Shown here: positions 1-14,629 of the stretch, one piece after another
Layout of the letters: each line of letters starts with the position of its first letter
Numbering within the stretch: the first letter of the stretch is position 1
Origin: the human T2T-CHM13v2.0 reference genome, Homo sapiens
DNA length: 64,000 nucleotides
NCBI RefSeq assembly: GCF_009914755.1
Contig: NC_060927.1
Direction: 5' to 3' (one strand)
The notes under the pieces: generated by a model
Database searches by the model: none
Seen by the model: only the letters and a program-made list of their open reading frames with translations
Told to the model about the DNA's origin: nothing
Made by a program: the position numbers and the translations under genes

Positions 1-580
1 TGTGGCGATTCCTCAGGGATCTAGAACTAGAAATACCATTTGACCCAGCCATCTCATTACTGGGTGTATACCCAAAGGACTATAAATCATGCTGCTATAA
101 AGACACATGCACACGTATGTTTATTGCGGCACTATTCACAATAGCAAAGACTTGGAACCAACCCAAATGTCCAACAATGATAGACTGGATTAAGAAAATG
201 TGGCACATATACACCATGGAATACTATGCAGCCATAAAAAATGATGAGTTCATGTCCCTTGTAGGGACATGGATGAAATTGGAAATCATCATTCTCAGTA
301 AACTATCGCAAGGACAAAAAACCAAACACCGTGTGTTCTCACTCATAGGTGGGAATTGAACAATGAGAACACATGGACACAGGAAGGGGAACATCACACT
401 TGGGACTGTTGTGGGGTGGGGGGAGGGGGGAGGGATAGCATTAGGAGATATACCTAATGCAAAATGGCGAGTTAATGGGTGTAGCACACCAGCATGGCAC
501 ATGTATACATATGTAACTACCCTGCACATTGTGCACATGTACCCTAAAACTTAAAGTATAATAATAATAATTAAAAAAAA
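1..580 (+). mobile_element. L1PA (L1PA2/3-like) 3' end: ORF2 C-terminus, 3' UTR, A-tail
   Basis: ORF 117-359 is the L1 ORF2p C-terminus (MFIAALFTIAKTWNQPKCP...); 3' UTR G-tract 411-434; ends TACCCTAAAACTTAAAGTATAATAA plus A-tail; antisense in TMEM207 intron 4. Confidence 0.95.
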
Positions 581-1224
581 GCAATTTATCCCCAAGGTTG
601 TTTGGTTTTTTTTTCTTTTTTTTTTTGCCTGTTCTGAATGATTTCAGAGTAACATAGAGAATGTGAGTCTATTGCCCGTCACTCAGTGCTAGCACATGCA
701 GATTGCTAAAGCAGTATATCAGCCTTGACCCTTCCTTCACACTCATGACATTCAGGCAAGTTCAAGAGCACATATGGAATCTGCCATGCAAGAAATATAA
801 AAACATTAGATAAAGAAGGGTATAACCATGGCACATAAGCTGCTTTAAAAATGTTTAACAGTATAACTGTCTAGCTTAATAATATACTTAAAATTAAAAC
901 GAAAATTCTTTTAAGATTCAAGATAGTCGAGGAAAAGGTCTTTCTTGAAGTGAGAGAAGAGCTGAAAATACTAGGCTGCATTTTTCTTTTTAGAAACTTA
1001 AGTTCAGATAAAAGAAGCATAATTGCATTTACTTATTAAATACCTGGAGGTAAATAAAGAAAAATAGTCCAATGTTAGCATGTTGACTCCTTTGACTAAC
1101 ATATTTTGTTAAAATATCAATAACCCTGTTTCCCTCTATGCCCTGTGGAAGGTGCTTTTGATTTTAGGAGGAAGAACTATTGTTTTGGAGACTTTAATTA
1201 TCCTTCCTAAAAGAACCATTTCCC

Positions 1225-1591
<367 letters not shown>

Positions 1592-2559
1592 TCAATATAA
1601 TCATTATCTTGGAAAACTAAGTTTGATGTTAACAAATTTTTGTTTATTTTTACCCCACTTTTCATCTTGCTGTTAGTTTTCCCCAGGGCACACCCTGCTC
1701 CATCTATTGTAAATTTCATGGTGGCCCAGTTTCTGAAAGACGGCTTTAGCTATTATCTCTGTTAAGCGCTCCCGAGGTAACTGTAGTGTGTAATGCAGTA
1801 ACTTAGAATAAAGTCTCACAACAGTCCCTGCTTGAGCCAATACTTAAGATGAAGAAATAGCTATCAATTATGGCTTCCCAGAAATCAGTAAGTTGTTTTT
1901 TTCTACTCACAGCTAAGGCTGGCAGCTGCAAATAACTCTAAGCCCTGAATTTCCTCTGTTCTTTACTTCCTTATGCAAACTGGAAAATGAAGGGAAGGGC
2001 ATGGTTTTGGGAGGGGAAGTTGGGAGCTGACAGGATCAGGACGCTGAGATGAAAGGGCATGAAAATTGACATTCCCCTGACTATTCCATGGAATTTCAGA
2101 TTCTGCATTGACCGCAGACATCTGGAAAGTGTCGTTCAATGTTACTTCAGATGAGTTCAGTAAAGCATAGAAAGCTCAGTAAATGAATTTATAAATACAA
2201 GTTAAGACAGGTTGATAATAAAAGCTCAGAGATGCTTTGCAGTACCCTAAACCCTACCATTCACCTGGACTGCCCAGCCCTGCATACTTCTTCTCTTCTG
2301 CTTATTGAACAACAAAATATTTAGTTGCTTTCCTTATACTTAACTGTGGGTCAGTTCCCAAGACACATTTTCTTTCTTCTGGGATTGTCTTTCTTATGAA
2401 ATTTTCTCCCTTAAACTCTCCTCAGTGCAGGCCTTGGTGTCTCCAATAAGCCACATCTTTTTCTAAGTTCCCAGATCTGCTTTTGGGAGAACAGTTTTTC
2501 AATTAACCGCAAAACCACAAAGTATCAAAAAAGAGTCCAGAAGCGTGCAGACAACTCAC

Positions 2560-2705
2560 CATAAATAGAGTCCAAGTCTCCAACAGCAAAAACTGCCATG
2601 GTGCGCCTGTGAGAATCAATTCGGGGTCTCCTCAGCCAGCACTGGAGGCAGAGGACCACAGCTCCACAGAGAAGAGCTGCCACCAAAACCAGCAGCAGGA
2701 GGATC
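2560..2705 (-). CDS. TMEM207: TMEM207 coding exon 4 (transmembrane helix ILLLLVLVAALLCGAVVLCLQCW, then LRRPRIDSHRRTMAVFAVGDLDSIY-G)
   Basis: gtcag|G ATC CTC CTG ... ATT TAT G|gtgagt; 146 nt open frame; hydrophobic stretch followed by basic residues; joins exon 3 in frame. Final exon is outside the window to the left. Confidence 0.95.
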
Positions 2706-2974
2706 CTGACTCCAAAAGTAACCGAGAAAAGAATGAGGTAGAGTATGCAGGGAAGTTAAGAGCTTCCATCACTACCTAGAAGTGGGGTGAAGACTCAGCT
2801 AGACTGGCCGCAAGCAATGTGGGACACTGAATTCCTTAAGCAATTTCCTACCACCACCCATACATTTCCACTGAACTGAAAATATTCTTTGGCCTCAGAA
2901 AGGGTTGATCTTTCCAGGTGGTAATAATCATTTTCTCCTTAGAAATTGGAGGGTTATTCTAAAAGACAGAGTCT

Positions 2975-3100
2975 TAATTCATTCATCCATTCTTCCTTTC
3001 AGACATCCATCCAGCCATTCATCCATCCATCCATTCAGTTAGTATTTAAGCAACTACACACACTTTAGATATTGGGGATAGGAATTCAAAAGTAGGCAGA
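2975..3100 (-). mobile_element. L2 3' end fragment with (TCCA)n-like tail
   Basis: TTCATTCATCCATT... tail followed by TATTTAAGCAACTAC and GGGGATA, resembling the reverse-complement L2 terminus. Confidence 0.55.
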
Positions 3101-3102
3101 GG

Positions 3103-3413
<311 letters not shown>

Positions 3414-3753
3414 TCATAGAAGAGACAGTGGTCATTTGGAATGCCTTTTAAGGCCAGAACTAATATCAGTGGAGGGTCATTTAGGGAGATTTCAAGACAA
3501 ATAACAATTATTTTGCTGTTAAAGATTTTCAACTCTAGAATAAGCTTATTTTTTAAAATAGTGAGTCCTTTTGTCACAAGAAGTGTTTAAGTAAACATTG
3601 GCCAACGATCTGAAAGTGATGTTTCTATATTCATTTGCATGACCCCTAATCTTTCCTTAAGCTGTATGATTTCATGTACCATCTCAAATTATTTAGGACA
3701 AAGACTGTATATACCACCAACTGTCATATAAAACAAATGGAAGATATCCTTAC

Positions 3754-3798
3754 CAGATATACCAGCCATTAGGGTGTTGGTCATTATAATTTACACAC
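3754..3798 (-). CDS. TMEM207: TMEM207 coding exon 3 (CVNYNDQHPNGWYI-W)
   Basis: accag|G TGT GTA AAT TAT AAT GAC CAA CAC CCT AAT GGC TGG TAT ATC TG|gtaagg; 45 nt, phase 2-2. Confidence 0.95.
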
Positions 3799-5039
3799 CT
3801 GGTGATAAAGGGAGAGCGTTAGTCCTGGAACTCAGGATAGCCAAAGCCTATTTCTTTCACCCAATAAAATTGGTACTGATCACACTTGTTTCTCCAGAAC
3901 AGTCACCTACATATTCCCATACCAGCCCATATCGTCCCGCACCCAGCACAATTATGCAAATGTTTATGCCCACTCAATTCAAGGCACTGAGAATACAAGT
4001 AAATGTGAAATTATCAGACTGATACATAAACAGATAAATGCATTATAATGGGTTTGATTCTAGAGTTACAAATACTGTTAAGCATTGAGAAGGCAGTGAC
4101 TTAACTCTTCAGGGACAACAAATCGTAGGTGTTTGGTATTAGGTAGATAACCATTATAGCTATATTCTGTTCATCTAGAGACCTACAGTCATGTAAAACT
4201 CAAATTCTCCAGGGAAGAATATCTTGGTAGAGAATAGGAGGCATTGGACAACTGTTTGCCCTCTTGTTATACAATTGGTGAGGAAAGAAATTAGGCTAGG
4301 AGGAAAATGAATGAACGTGGCCATACCTACCATTTACCAAGGAGTTAGAAGTTGACTCCTTCAGTCAGGAAGTTGACCCTCCTGTGTGTGTCTAGCCACA
4401 ATTCAATCTTTCTTGAGAGAAGTTTTAAAATATCGCAGACAGACAAAGTTCACAGAGTGATTTTTGGGAGGTATAACTCCGTAGGTGTAGAGTCCCTCAC
4501 TATGCCTAACATGGCACACTAAATGTATGTGGGCTGATGGACTTTTTTCATACCTCAATATACAAGCTACTTTTAAGGTATTCTGAGCTGAGCTTGAACA
4601 GTGGAAATCTGTTATTCACAGTCAGATACACTTCTGAGAAGACACTATACTTAATCATATCTTCTTCAGCCATTGTTAAAATAACTCAGTTCATTGCAGT
4701 TTGAAGACATTCATAAATGTCAGTTAATTTATTGCATCTAGCTTCCCTGAGGAGGCAGTGTGTCATCCCATCATCATACCAGTCAGAAATGACTTTTAAC
4801 ATATGTGAAGTGTCAATTTAAAAATTCTATCACAAACATTTAAGACAAAAACCAATCACCCAGCCTACAGATGATTTCATTCCCCTCCACATATAAATCT
4901 CTGCGTCTTTTTCTTTTGTCTGTTTTCTGTTTATTTGCTCTTTGTTCTTTTGAGCGCCCAGAGTGTTTAGCAAAATTCACAGGTATGGCTGGAAAAAAAA
5001 AAATGGCAACTGAAGTGTGACTTTGAAAAGCATCCTAAG

Positions 5040-5400
5040 ACAAATGGCCATGAATAAAAGATGTGAAAAATAATTAATGGGACATACTTACAAGGGAATA
5101 TTATTCAATCATCAAAAATAATGTAAACATGTTTATAAATAAGTCTTGCTACATAAAATAGTATAGAGACTTCAATCTTACTTTGTATATATTATTTTCT
5201 ACAAGTACAATGATTTCGCCAAAATTACTACCAGACATAAATTTACACCAGACTACTGAAGTGCCCACTTCTCTTGAAGATGGCATTATGAAAAACTCTA
5301 TCCCTTTCATATTGTTTGAATTATTGTAATGTACACGAATCACTTTGTAGTAAAAAGAACTTTAAAATATTGTATTAAAAAATTAAAACCTTAAAAATAT
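5040..5400 (+). mobile_element. Old L1M(E) 3' fragment
   Basis: GGAATATTATTCAATCATCAAAAATAATG motif typical of L1M 3' regions; highly diverged. Confidence 0.45.
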
Positions 5401-5736
5401 ACATTTTTTAAGAGACAGATGTGGGGAAATTCTCTTGGTGTCCTGACACAATTAAAAAAGCTTTTTTTTTTTTTTGTTTTGTTTTGTTTTGTTTTTCTTT
5501 TTTGAATTGTGACATCTAAGCTCATGGTCAGGAGTATGGATTATTTCATCTTCCTCCTCTTCCTTTACTTTTTTTCTGTTTGAAAATAGCCCCTTTACTT
5601 ATCGTTAAACTCAATTCTAAATATTAACCACCTCATTGTGTTTCTTAAATCTAATTTTTAAGGCCCTCTATTTTTTTTTCTTCCTGGGCTAACAATTTTC
5701 CAAACCAACTTTATTTCACTTTTTTTTCTGAGCTGG

Positions 5737-5751
5737 TGCACCCTCTGGTGG
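5737..5751 (-). promoter_or_regulatory. Candidate CTCF site
   Basis: Minus strand CCACCAGAGGGTGCA, one mismatch to the CTCF core CCASYAGRKGGCRS. Confidence 0.5.
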
Positions 5752-6472
5752 AGTTTCTGATAAGAAATAACATGGCTAGGAAGCAGTTAGCTGGAGAAGT
5801 GCAGTAATCATGTAAGCTCCAAATCGCAGGCATCTTTGAGATCATTTATTGACCTTTAGGATTTTGCACGGTGTACCACTGAGACTTAAGGTGGAGAGAG
5901 GAAGAGGGGAATTCACTACGTAGTCAGAGAACTACACTGGAACATGTGTCTTTTGGCTCCATATGCTCCCCTCCTCGAATCATTATTTCCATTTCTCTCT
6001 TAAATTCAAGTTGTAAACAGAAACTTTTTGAGTTCCTAAAAAAGTAAGAGTATTCTAATTACTCAAATATTACTTCCAAGATATTCAGTATAGGAAAGGT
6101 TATATTTTTGAAAATGAAATTATTCCTCAGGGATTGGTCAAATTGGTATGATTATGGTAAAAAGAAAATCATCGGGGGGAAGTGAGAGCTGACTATAATG
6201 CGTAAGAAAGACATTTGGAATAAGAATTATCTAGAATTAATTGTTGAGGGAGATAATTTCTGTCCTTATCAGAACGATTTCCTTTTGTTACTTTGATGTC
6301 ATGGAGATGATTTCTGTGCAATACGAATGGTTAGATGAGTTGATCTTTATTCTTCTTCTCTGTGCTGAGAATCTGTGGACCTTAGATTACACATTTATGA
6401 ATTTGATAAATTCAGGAAGAAATATGCAGAGTTGCTTCATTGGTTTCTCTGTTACATCACTCAGCATTTTCT

Positions 6473-6705
6473 AGGGCAGACACTCTTCTAAAACCAGATG
6501 CGTAACTTCATGTGAAATAACGGACTCTCAAACTTACACCACTATACAGTAGGGTCATACTATTATAATTCTCCTTTTACAACTGAGAGAACTCAGTCAC
6601 AGAGCCATTAAGTAACTTGCGCAAGTTAGCATAGCTGGAAGTGGTAGAAGTAGGTTTTCAACCCAAATGCTCTGTCTGCAGAGTTCATGTCTCTTATCAC
6701 CATGT
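6473..6705 (-). mobile_element. MIR
   Basis: TTTTACAACTGAGAGAACTCAGTCACAGAG...TTAAGTAACTTGCGCAAG matches the reverse-complement MIR core. Confidence 0.8.
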
Positions 6706-7821
6706 CGTGGTGCGACTGGGACAGTAATAGCCAGCTCTAACCTCATAGTACCATGTGGAGTATTGCCTGAATGAATCCAGTATCCCGTGTTCCAAATGCT
6801 TTAAGGAAATACTGAAAATTAAAAAAAAAAAAAATAGAAATGAGAGCCTGGTGAGGATCAGACAGAGAATAGGCCAATAGTGAGATCAGTTTGTAAACCG
6901 AATATAGTAAATACCGTATATAAAATTTGAATTGAACTGTAGATCTGACTTAAGCTTCCTAGCAGCTAGCATAATGAGAGAGAATATTGGTTATATAGTG
7001 TCCTCTAAAATTAACAAAATGAACAGCATTACTCACCAGATGTACAACTATTCCTGGCATCGAAACCAGAGAAAAATTCAAGCTATGAGGCCTCATAAAG
7101 AGAACACTGTTAACATAAGAACAATGTTTTCCATAGTATTCTCAGAATAAATTCAGTAACAAATTGCATGAATTTTTTTTTATTTTTAAAAAGTCATTCC
7201 TCAACATAGGCCAAAGTGCAATTCAGCTACAGTAATTTGAGGGATGGATGAGTCACAAATCATATTACCCAGAAACTGGTAGTAAATTGTATAGTATCTC
7301 AAAGAATGAATGGACTATGCATATCTCAGGTATTTCACCAGATGTATAATTGATTAAATGTTGGATATACAATATAACTTTGTGGTTGAAATTCTGGGCT
7401 CAGGAGTCTGTCCCAGGTCCAAGTCCAAGCTCTGCCTTTTAACTTGCTTTCCTACTCTTGAGTAAGATATTTCACTTTATCAAGCCAAGCAAGATGTGGT
7501 ATATCATTAGAAAATCTATCAATGCAATTAATTTACAGAATCTTTTATATGTATAGTCATATTTATATTTCATAAATCAATCTATTTTTGTTCATTCATG
7601 CACATCAGTGTCCTTGGCTATTTATCAGAAGAGGACTAAGTCAGAAGTATGATAAGAGGGGCTCTGTCATGCTTTATTTCATAAAATAAATTACTTATAG
7701 CATTTAAATTTTATACAAAGACAGCACAGCAAAGCTTTGTTCATGTTAAAAATACAGTTAGAAAAGTAAAATAATTGGATTGGATCAGAAAAACGTACCC
7801 TGGTGTTGAAAACAAATTTAA

Positions 7822-8140
<319 letters not shown>

Positions 8141-10105
8141 GACCAGTTTTGTTTGTTTGTTTGTTTTAATGGAAAATATATGCAAATTGTTTCGCACAAT
8201 TCTTGGAACATAGAAGTTGATTAATACATATGTTTTTATTTCTAGCTAATCAGCACCTCCTCCACCATGGCCTCTACCTAGGCGATCCATGTTTCATGTT
8301 TTTACTTTGATGCTCCCTTGCATTCCAATCCAAGTCTCCCTTTTCTGTGTCCATTTTGCATGTGAACTTTGGACAAGCTACTGTCCTTTTGTGTTTCTCA
8401 TTTTTTAAAAGACATTTGGAGTAGGCCATCTTTACGGTCCTTTTCACTGTAATCTGCCATGTTTGTGTGTTACTCTCTTATAGCAGTGCTGGTAAATGGA
8501 TGAATATGGTCTCTTGGCTGGGTAGTGTATTTTATCAGGAGATAATGTCTCAGATCAAAGAAGTGATTTGAAACTGAAATCTCTTGTATAAATATAGTTA
8601 GAGAAAGAGGATTTTTCTTGGAGGGGACTTTTTACTCCCTCAGAAAACAGCATGACTTTCCTTACAGATTCATTCCGCTGACACTGTCTTGCGATAACAA
8701 AAGATTTGAGATATTGTGCACGTCTTCAATACATTTACTTACCTTATATGACCACCCTACATTCCCAGCCACTCTCTTTTTTGTGTTTATTTTCTGCCAA
8801 TTTACATTTCATTTGAGGGTTAATTTTTTTTTGTTTTTACTCAAAAGCAATTGTATTGAATAATGATAACCATTACAGACACTTAGTTGCAAAATGATGT
8901 AGCCAGAGAATGTGATGCCTAAGTACCAGTTGAAGCCCTACTACTCATTTACTATTTCTCTTAGGTTTCAATCCCTTCACCTAAAAGGGAGAGCGGTAGC
9001 CTCAGCTACCGCTAAAGTCAGCATAAAAACTTTCTTAATACCGTATGTTTCTGTCACGTTGATTAGAGTTAGATTCAACATTTAAGATCCTTTCCAATTC
9101 TGAACTTCTTTATTTTGTTAGTCTGGGTCAAAGGCAGAAGATGAGGAGATAAGATAAGGGCAGCCAGGAAATCCTGAGTCAGATAAGCATGCAAACAATC
9201 AAATACTCTGTTACATCACAAACAGCATAAGACAGAGTGAAAAAGCAGTTCCAAAATTAACGTAAAGAAATAGCAATCGAGAGCCATGCAAAAGCTGAAA
9301 GAGCAGCACAAATTTAATAAGCAGATTGTTAACAATAAGAAGATCCACCAGAAGCAGGTGAATGGTCCCAATTTCTGCTGTGAAATACAGTCATAGCCTC
9401 CTGCTATACAGAGAGCATGGCTTTGAGTGTAACAGGCAATGAAGACTGAAAACAGCTGCTAACAGTAAGGGCTGCAAGCAGGAGAAGATAGTGCTGGGTG
9501 GAAGTGCTTTTCTGATACTAAATCACAATGAATTACAGATATTAATTATCAGTATCATTATTAATGGCACCTTCTCTTCATCTCCTGAATAGAATTCTGA
9601 GAACCATTAAGTCTATCGCACAAAAAGTGAAAAAATTGAGTCAATTGTTCACATAATTCATATCACAAGCACTTTGAAATAGACACACAGTACAGGTTAG
9701 AATTTTGGTCAGTTTGCTTGTATTTTAAACTGAGTTATACAGAAAACTGCCTCCCTTGGTCACTGTGATTTTTGAGTGTGGATGAAGCCATAGATGACAT
9801 CATGATTCTTTTATGAACTTAAAGTACCCTTGAAACCTTAAGGAAGATAAATTCAGTGTGCAAAAATATCTAGAAATCAACTAGGCCTCTTATTTATTTA
9901 ACAAAGCTGATCGTAATGAAAATTATCTTTCCTGTTTTCAGAAAAAAAAATGGAGCCATCTGCATTTACAAACCATTTACTTTTCTTCTGATTATAATGA
10001 TCATTTGAAACTCAACTGGGCTTTTTCTAATGGCTTGAGCCTTTTTTATACTTTGAATTTTTTAAATGCGAAATAAAAACATGGAGTTTTTCGCTGTTTA
10101 CTTAC

Positions 10106-10143
10106 ATTTCATCTTCTTCGCATGGTAGGTCCGAGAGCACCAA
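10106..10143 (-). CDS. TMEM207: TMEM207 coding exon 2 (LVLSDLPCEEDE-M)
   Basis: tttcag|TTG GTG CTC TCG GAC CTA CCA TGC GAA GAA GAT GAA AT|gtaagt; 38 nt; phase 0 in, phase 2 out, consistent with the neighbouring exons. Confidence 0.95.
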
Positions 10144-12050
10144 CTGAAACACATGTTTAGAACAATAAAATCCAAACATCTCATCAGTCTAATCCTTTAA
10201 TACAAGCAGCGCCTAGAGACAATGTGGGTTTATATCATTTCGTTTGCTTTTTTAATTAAAAGCTCTATAGCAGAGTTTATTGTTGGTACACAGAATTTTA
10301 ATTGAAAAAATCTCTGGGTGGATTCTTAAGCTCAGCAGTGGCAGAAGATATATATTGTGAACCAGATTCCATTTCTACATACCAATATAAATGGATTTTA
10401 CGACAATTTTTGTTTTTTCTATATGCAGATTTTGCTTGCTCTAAAGAGCTTTTGTGCACTTTGCATTTTTTGTTTTCATGTTGTAGCTAGAGGTCAGAGG
10501 TTCATTATTAGTGAGTATTATTTTCACGCAAAAAAAAACAAGTTCCAAGTACATACATGGAAACAGAAGTCAAGCCTATTAGCATTAATGGGCATTAAAT
10601 ATATATTCATGAAAGGGCGACTTTAACCTGCTCTAAGGGTAAGGTCCATTTAAGATCACATGACATTCCAGTTGAGATTTACAGTCTTCTCTTTATCAGA
10701 GAAGAGAAAAAAAGTAATCATCTTTGTTGCTTTGTTTGAAAAGTCCAATACTATAAGCATTCTAAAATAATGCTCTTAGTTATCTGCACTGAGTGTCATA
10801 GGTTACAACATCTCATATACTAAATCACAAGGAAAAAGGCACTTCTTTCTAAAGATCTTATTATCTATTTGCTTGCTTGACCCTTTGAACCAGGACTCCT
10901 TCCTTGTACAAGGAGAAAGTCTTTAAACGGCATTTATGTGTAGCTCTGAACACTTAGTTGATGAAGTCAGTTGAAGTATTTATTTTCCTGGACTATAACA
11001 CGCAAATAAAAGTACAAGTAAGAAGTTACAAAATTTAAAGTGATAGACTTGGGAGTTCTGTGTGAGATGTGTCTTTTCCCCCCTTAATCCCAAAAGCATC
11101 TTCTTCAGCACCTTGTATTTACTCCACCAAGTTTATCTGGGCAAAGAGATTTGTGGAGTTGCAGATGGAGCCATGAATTGGCCATCAGAGAGCATGGTAA
11201 TGAACAATTTATAAGCACAGAAAATGAGTTGCATTCTTTTTTGCTAGAATGCTGCAAATAGATTTGCATACTAAGTGAAAGGAAAATGAACATTCACATT
11301 TTGTCCATAAAGAAAGTTTATTTATGAGTAGATGAAATCGTTTGGGATCCAGCTTAACAGATAAACAAATAAAACCAGTATTTCACTTTCAAGTCACTTC
11401 CGTGTTTTTTCTGTGTGTTGTACCCTAGCAATAGTACACAGTATTAAATTATTAGCACCTCACTGCCAACACATTAGCTGTCAAACTTCCAGTTATTATG
11501 AAGAGGTAAGGAAAGCTATAATTTACTTTAGATCTAAATCTTTCAGATACCTTGCATTGAAGTCACACAGATCTAGAGATGCACGTGTTAGTCAGAAGGG
11601 GATGCTGGAGCAGAGGAACTGAAATAAATCCTAAAATGGTTCTGTCTACATCAGTCAGCATTGAAAAACTGTCAAGCATCAAGTATGGTTGTAGGCAATA
11701 GTAAACATGTCTTAAATTAATCTAGCCATAGCATTTTGTTCTGTGTCAATAGCATTTTGAATTTAAAAAATTACAGCATAGCAAAGTTAAACAAAGGTTA
11801 AATTTGCAATCACGTTATTTCAGTAGCAATAGAACTAATTGAAGGAGAAATAAGACTAATGCCTTGGACATTTTGTTTTGTCCCTCTGACCAGTGAATAC
11901 AAGAAATCATAAGATGCTAGTAAAGCTTGAAGGAAATCTTTTAAATGTAGAAGCAGTTAAGTTGCTCACATATAAATCTATAGCAAATCAAGTCCTCAGA
12001 GTACCTCAGAGTACCTCTGAAAACCTTAACCCAGAAAGAGAGATAGTTAC

Positions 12051-12125
12051 CTGGAATAGCGGCAAACACAAGATCCCTATCGTTGAGATCGCTGAGGTGA
12101 CACTGAAAAGTCTGGATCTTGACAT
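12051..12125 (-). CDS. TMEM207: TMEM207 first coding exon (MSRSRLFSVTSAISTIGILCLPLFQ, signal-peptide region)
   Basis: Minus strand reads ATG TCA AGA TCC ... TTC CAG|gtaact; 75 nt, phase-0 donor; translation matches my recollection of the human TMEM207 N-terminus. Confidence 0.95.
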
Positions 12126-12300
12126 ATTTAAAGGACAGTCAACTTAGGATAGTGGTTTGGTGCCTGTGTTTATTTCCTTCTTTCTCAGAACTTACTAGCT
12201 TCTCTATAAGTTATGCTTCCTACCAGGACATGCATTAATAATGGCTCCTTGTGACTCGTAAAGTGCATGCTAGGGGAAGGAATGTTGGGTACATGTTTAC
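12126..12300 (-). promoter_or_regulatory. TMEM207: TMEM207 5' UTR / proximal promoter region
   Basis: Non-repeat sequence directly upstream of the ATG; TATA-like TTATAGAGA on the minus strand near 12201-12209; partial HNF1-like site near 12232-12245. The TSS cannot be fixed from sequence. Confidence 0.45.
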
Positions 12301-12619
12301 AGGTACTAAGAGCCCAAGGAATTTAAGTTTAAGGTGAGAACTTTAGCACTGTTTGTCAAGGCCTTTAAAAGTAGGGGTTATAAATGCTGACCTACAGAGC
12401 TAGCTGGCTACTTAATAACTTTCCACATTCAAGTGCATGTTTTATTCCAGGGAACTTCTGGGTTTCTAATAGTATTTCATATTTGGAACATTTATTCAAT
12501 TTTCTTCCCTTTGTTGGTACTCTTTGTTCTCCTACACACCATTTTCAGTTCCAGGTCTAACCCAAACTTAGGCATAAAGCTTTCCTTGTTTTATTGTGAT
12601 AATACCCCTCTTTTAAACA

Positions 12620-13690
12620 AGGTATATTTCAATGTTTATTTTATGAAACAACTCCATCACTACCACTGAAAAATAAAGCAAGAATATCTAGGGAAATTCT
12701 GAGAAAAAGAAAAGGCACTAACCTATTGTACATTAAGATGTCTTAATCTATGCATTTTACAAAAATTAGTACTGATATGTGTAAATAATAAGGTAAATGT
12801 AAAAGAGTAGAGAGTTTAGAAATGGAGAGTTTAGACTCAAATAAACAAATTTATTTAAGCTTCCATTTGAAACTAGTGGAGAGAAGATGGATATCTTTCA
12901 GGGTATAATGAAGAGCTAAATGGTTATGTGGAAAGAATGTAACAAATGATTGTTAAGATGCTTAACCTCAGTCATAATTAGATAAACATACCTTAGAATT
13001 ATAATCAGATTGGCAAGTTCAAAAAATTGATAATATAGGGAAGAGGGATAAATACTGGGAAACAAATACTCTCATATACGGTTGGGAAAACTGTACAGCT
13101 TATTTGGAAAACAAGTAGGCAATATACATCAACATAAAAAATAAATATGCCCTTAGAGCAAGAATTCTCCTTGCAAGATACATGAATGTACCCCTTACAC
13201 ATGGCACAAATTACTATATGCAATGATGTTCATCGAAGCATTGTTGGTGTTAACAAAATATTGGAAACAGCAAATATTCATGAAAATGTGACAGACTAAG
13301 TACAAAATGGTTATATAAATTCAACAGAATACTAGGAATCTGTTTTAAAAGGTGGAGACAGATCACAGATGCTGATATAGAGAGGTCTGTAATAGTTATT
13401 GAATAAAAGGAACAAAAATCACAGAACTTTGTGTACATCATGTCACATTTGTATGCAAAAATAGGAAGGTAGAGCTATAGTATTCTCTCCGTACACAAAA
13501 CTTATGCATATATACTTATATATGCATAGGATGTCTCTGCATGAAACTGCTAACAGTGGTTGCTCTGTGAAAGGGAAATTGCAAACTAAGAAGACCAGAG
13601 TGGGAAGGAAATTTACTTTTCACTGTTACTTCCTTGTATTTTTGATATTTTTTACAATGTCTATATGTCATCTAATTATTTTTTACATAT
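12620..13690 (+). mobile_element. Old L1ME-type fragment (ORF2 end and 3' UTR)
   Basis: Diverged L1 motifs, e.g. ATACTCTCATATACGGTTGGGA, GATGTTCATCGAAGCATTGTT, TTTACTTTTCACTG. Confidence 0.7.
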
Positions 13691-14629
13691 ATTCACTTCT
13701 AAGAGCCAATTTTGAAGGCAATGATCCACAATGCAGAATGAGAATATCGTAATTCAAGCTCCAGTGTAGTTCACCACATCCAATTCAAATTGTAATGTAT
13801 GAACCCATTTACAATCACACACATAGATTGCTCTAGAAACAAACCAGCAGTATTAGGTATCTAAACTACTGCACAGAGTTGGCCATCGCGGTATATGGAC
13901 TAGTTGAGCTGCATCTGGATGGGTGAAGCCGTCTGTGTGGTGACTACGCTCTGTTTAGTATGCAGCCACGGTCGCAGCCATGAATTTCAAAGCAGAGGAA
14001 GGCTTGGTGCCAATGCCAATAGGAGAAAAGTAAACCAAACCTACAGTATTATTTATCCCCCAGATACGCTCCATTTTGAGTGTCTCTGAAGCCTGTAATT
14101 AAACAGAATGAAAAATAGGCTTTTCACTGGTGAACTTATTTATTAGGCAGTCAGAAGCCTGACTTCCGTCGGTGGAGTCAATGATCTTAAGAATTTCTGG
14201 GAAAGGAAGAGGCCAGATGACTAGAGAAGAGACAGAATGGAAATAAGGGCAGCATATTTGGTTTTGCCTCAGAAACTGCAATAATGACCAACTACATACA
14301 TGGATTAAGTAATTATTGTCAAAAAAAATGCATGATTCTGCAGCAGCTGCCTGATTAGGAGTATGGCAGCTGAATGGAGATGGAGTCTATAGTCACAATA
14401 GTAATGCAAACACAGCAATTATATTTGGTGCTAAAATCAAAATTTATATTCATTTCCACCTTGCCATTTATCCATTTACTTCTGTGACTTTCCCATGCCA
14501 CTTCCAACGTCCAGCATAACAGTTTCTAAGACAGTAGTTTTTCTAGTACATTTCCTTCCTAGCATCATGAGAGTTTGGTGGTTGTGGAATACAAAATCTG
14601 ACCATGAGTGCAATTTTACCTGCAAAATT

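Noticed and set aside
11994-12020. Short tandem CCTCAGAGTA repeat near the exon 1 donor
   Set aside because: About 2.5 copies of a 10-mer; ordinary slippage with no evidence of function.
11893-12147. 84-aa plus-strand ORF overlapping TMEM207 exon 1
   Set aside because: Non-ATG start, antisense to the real exon, no recognisable homology.
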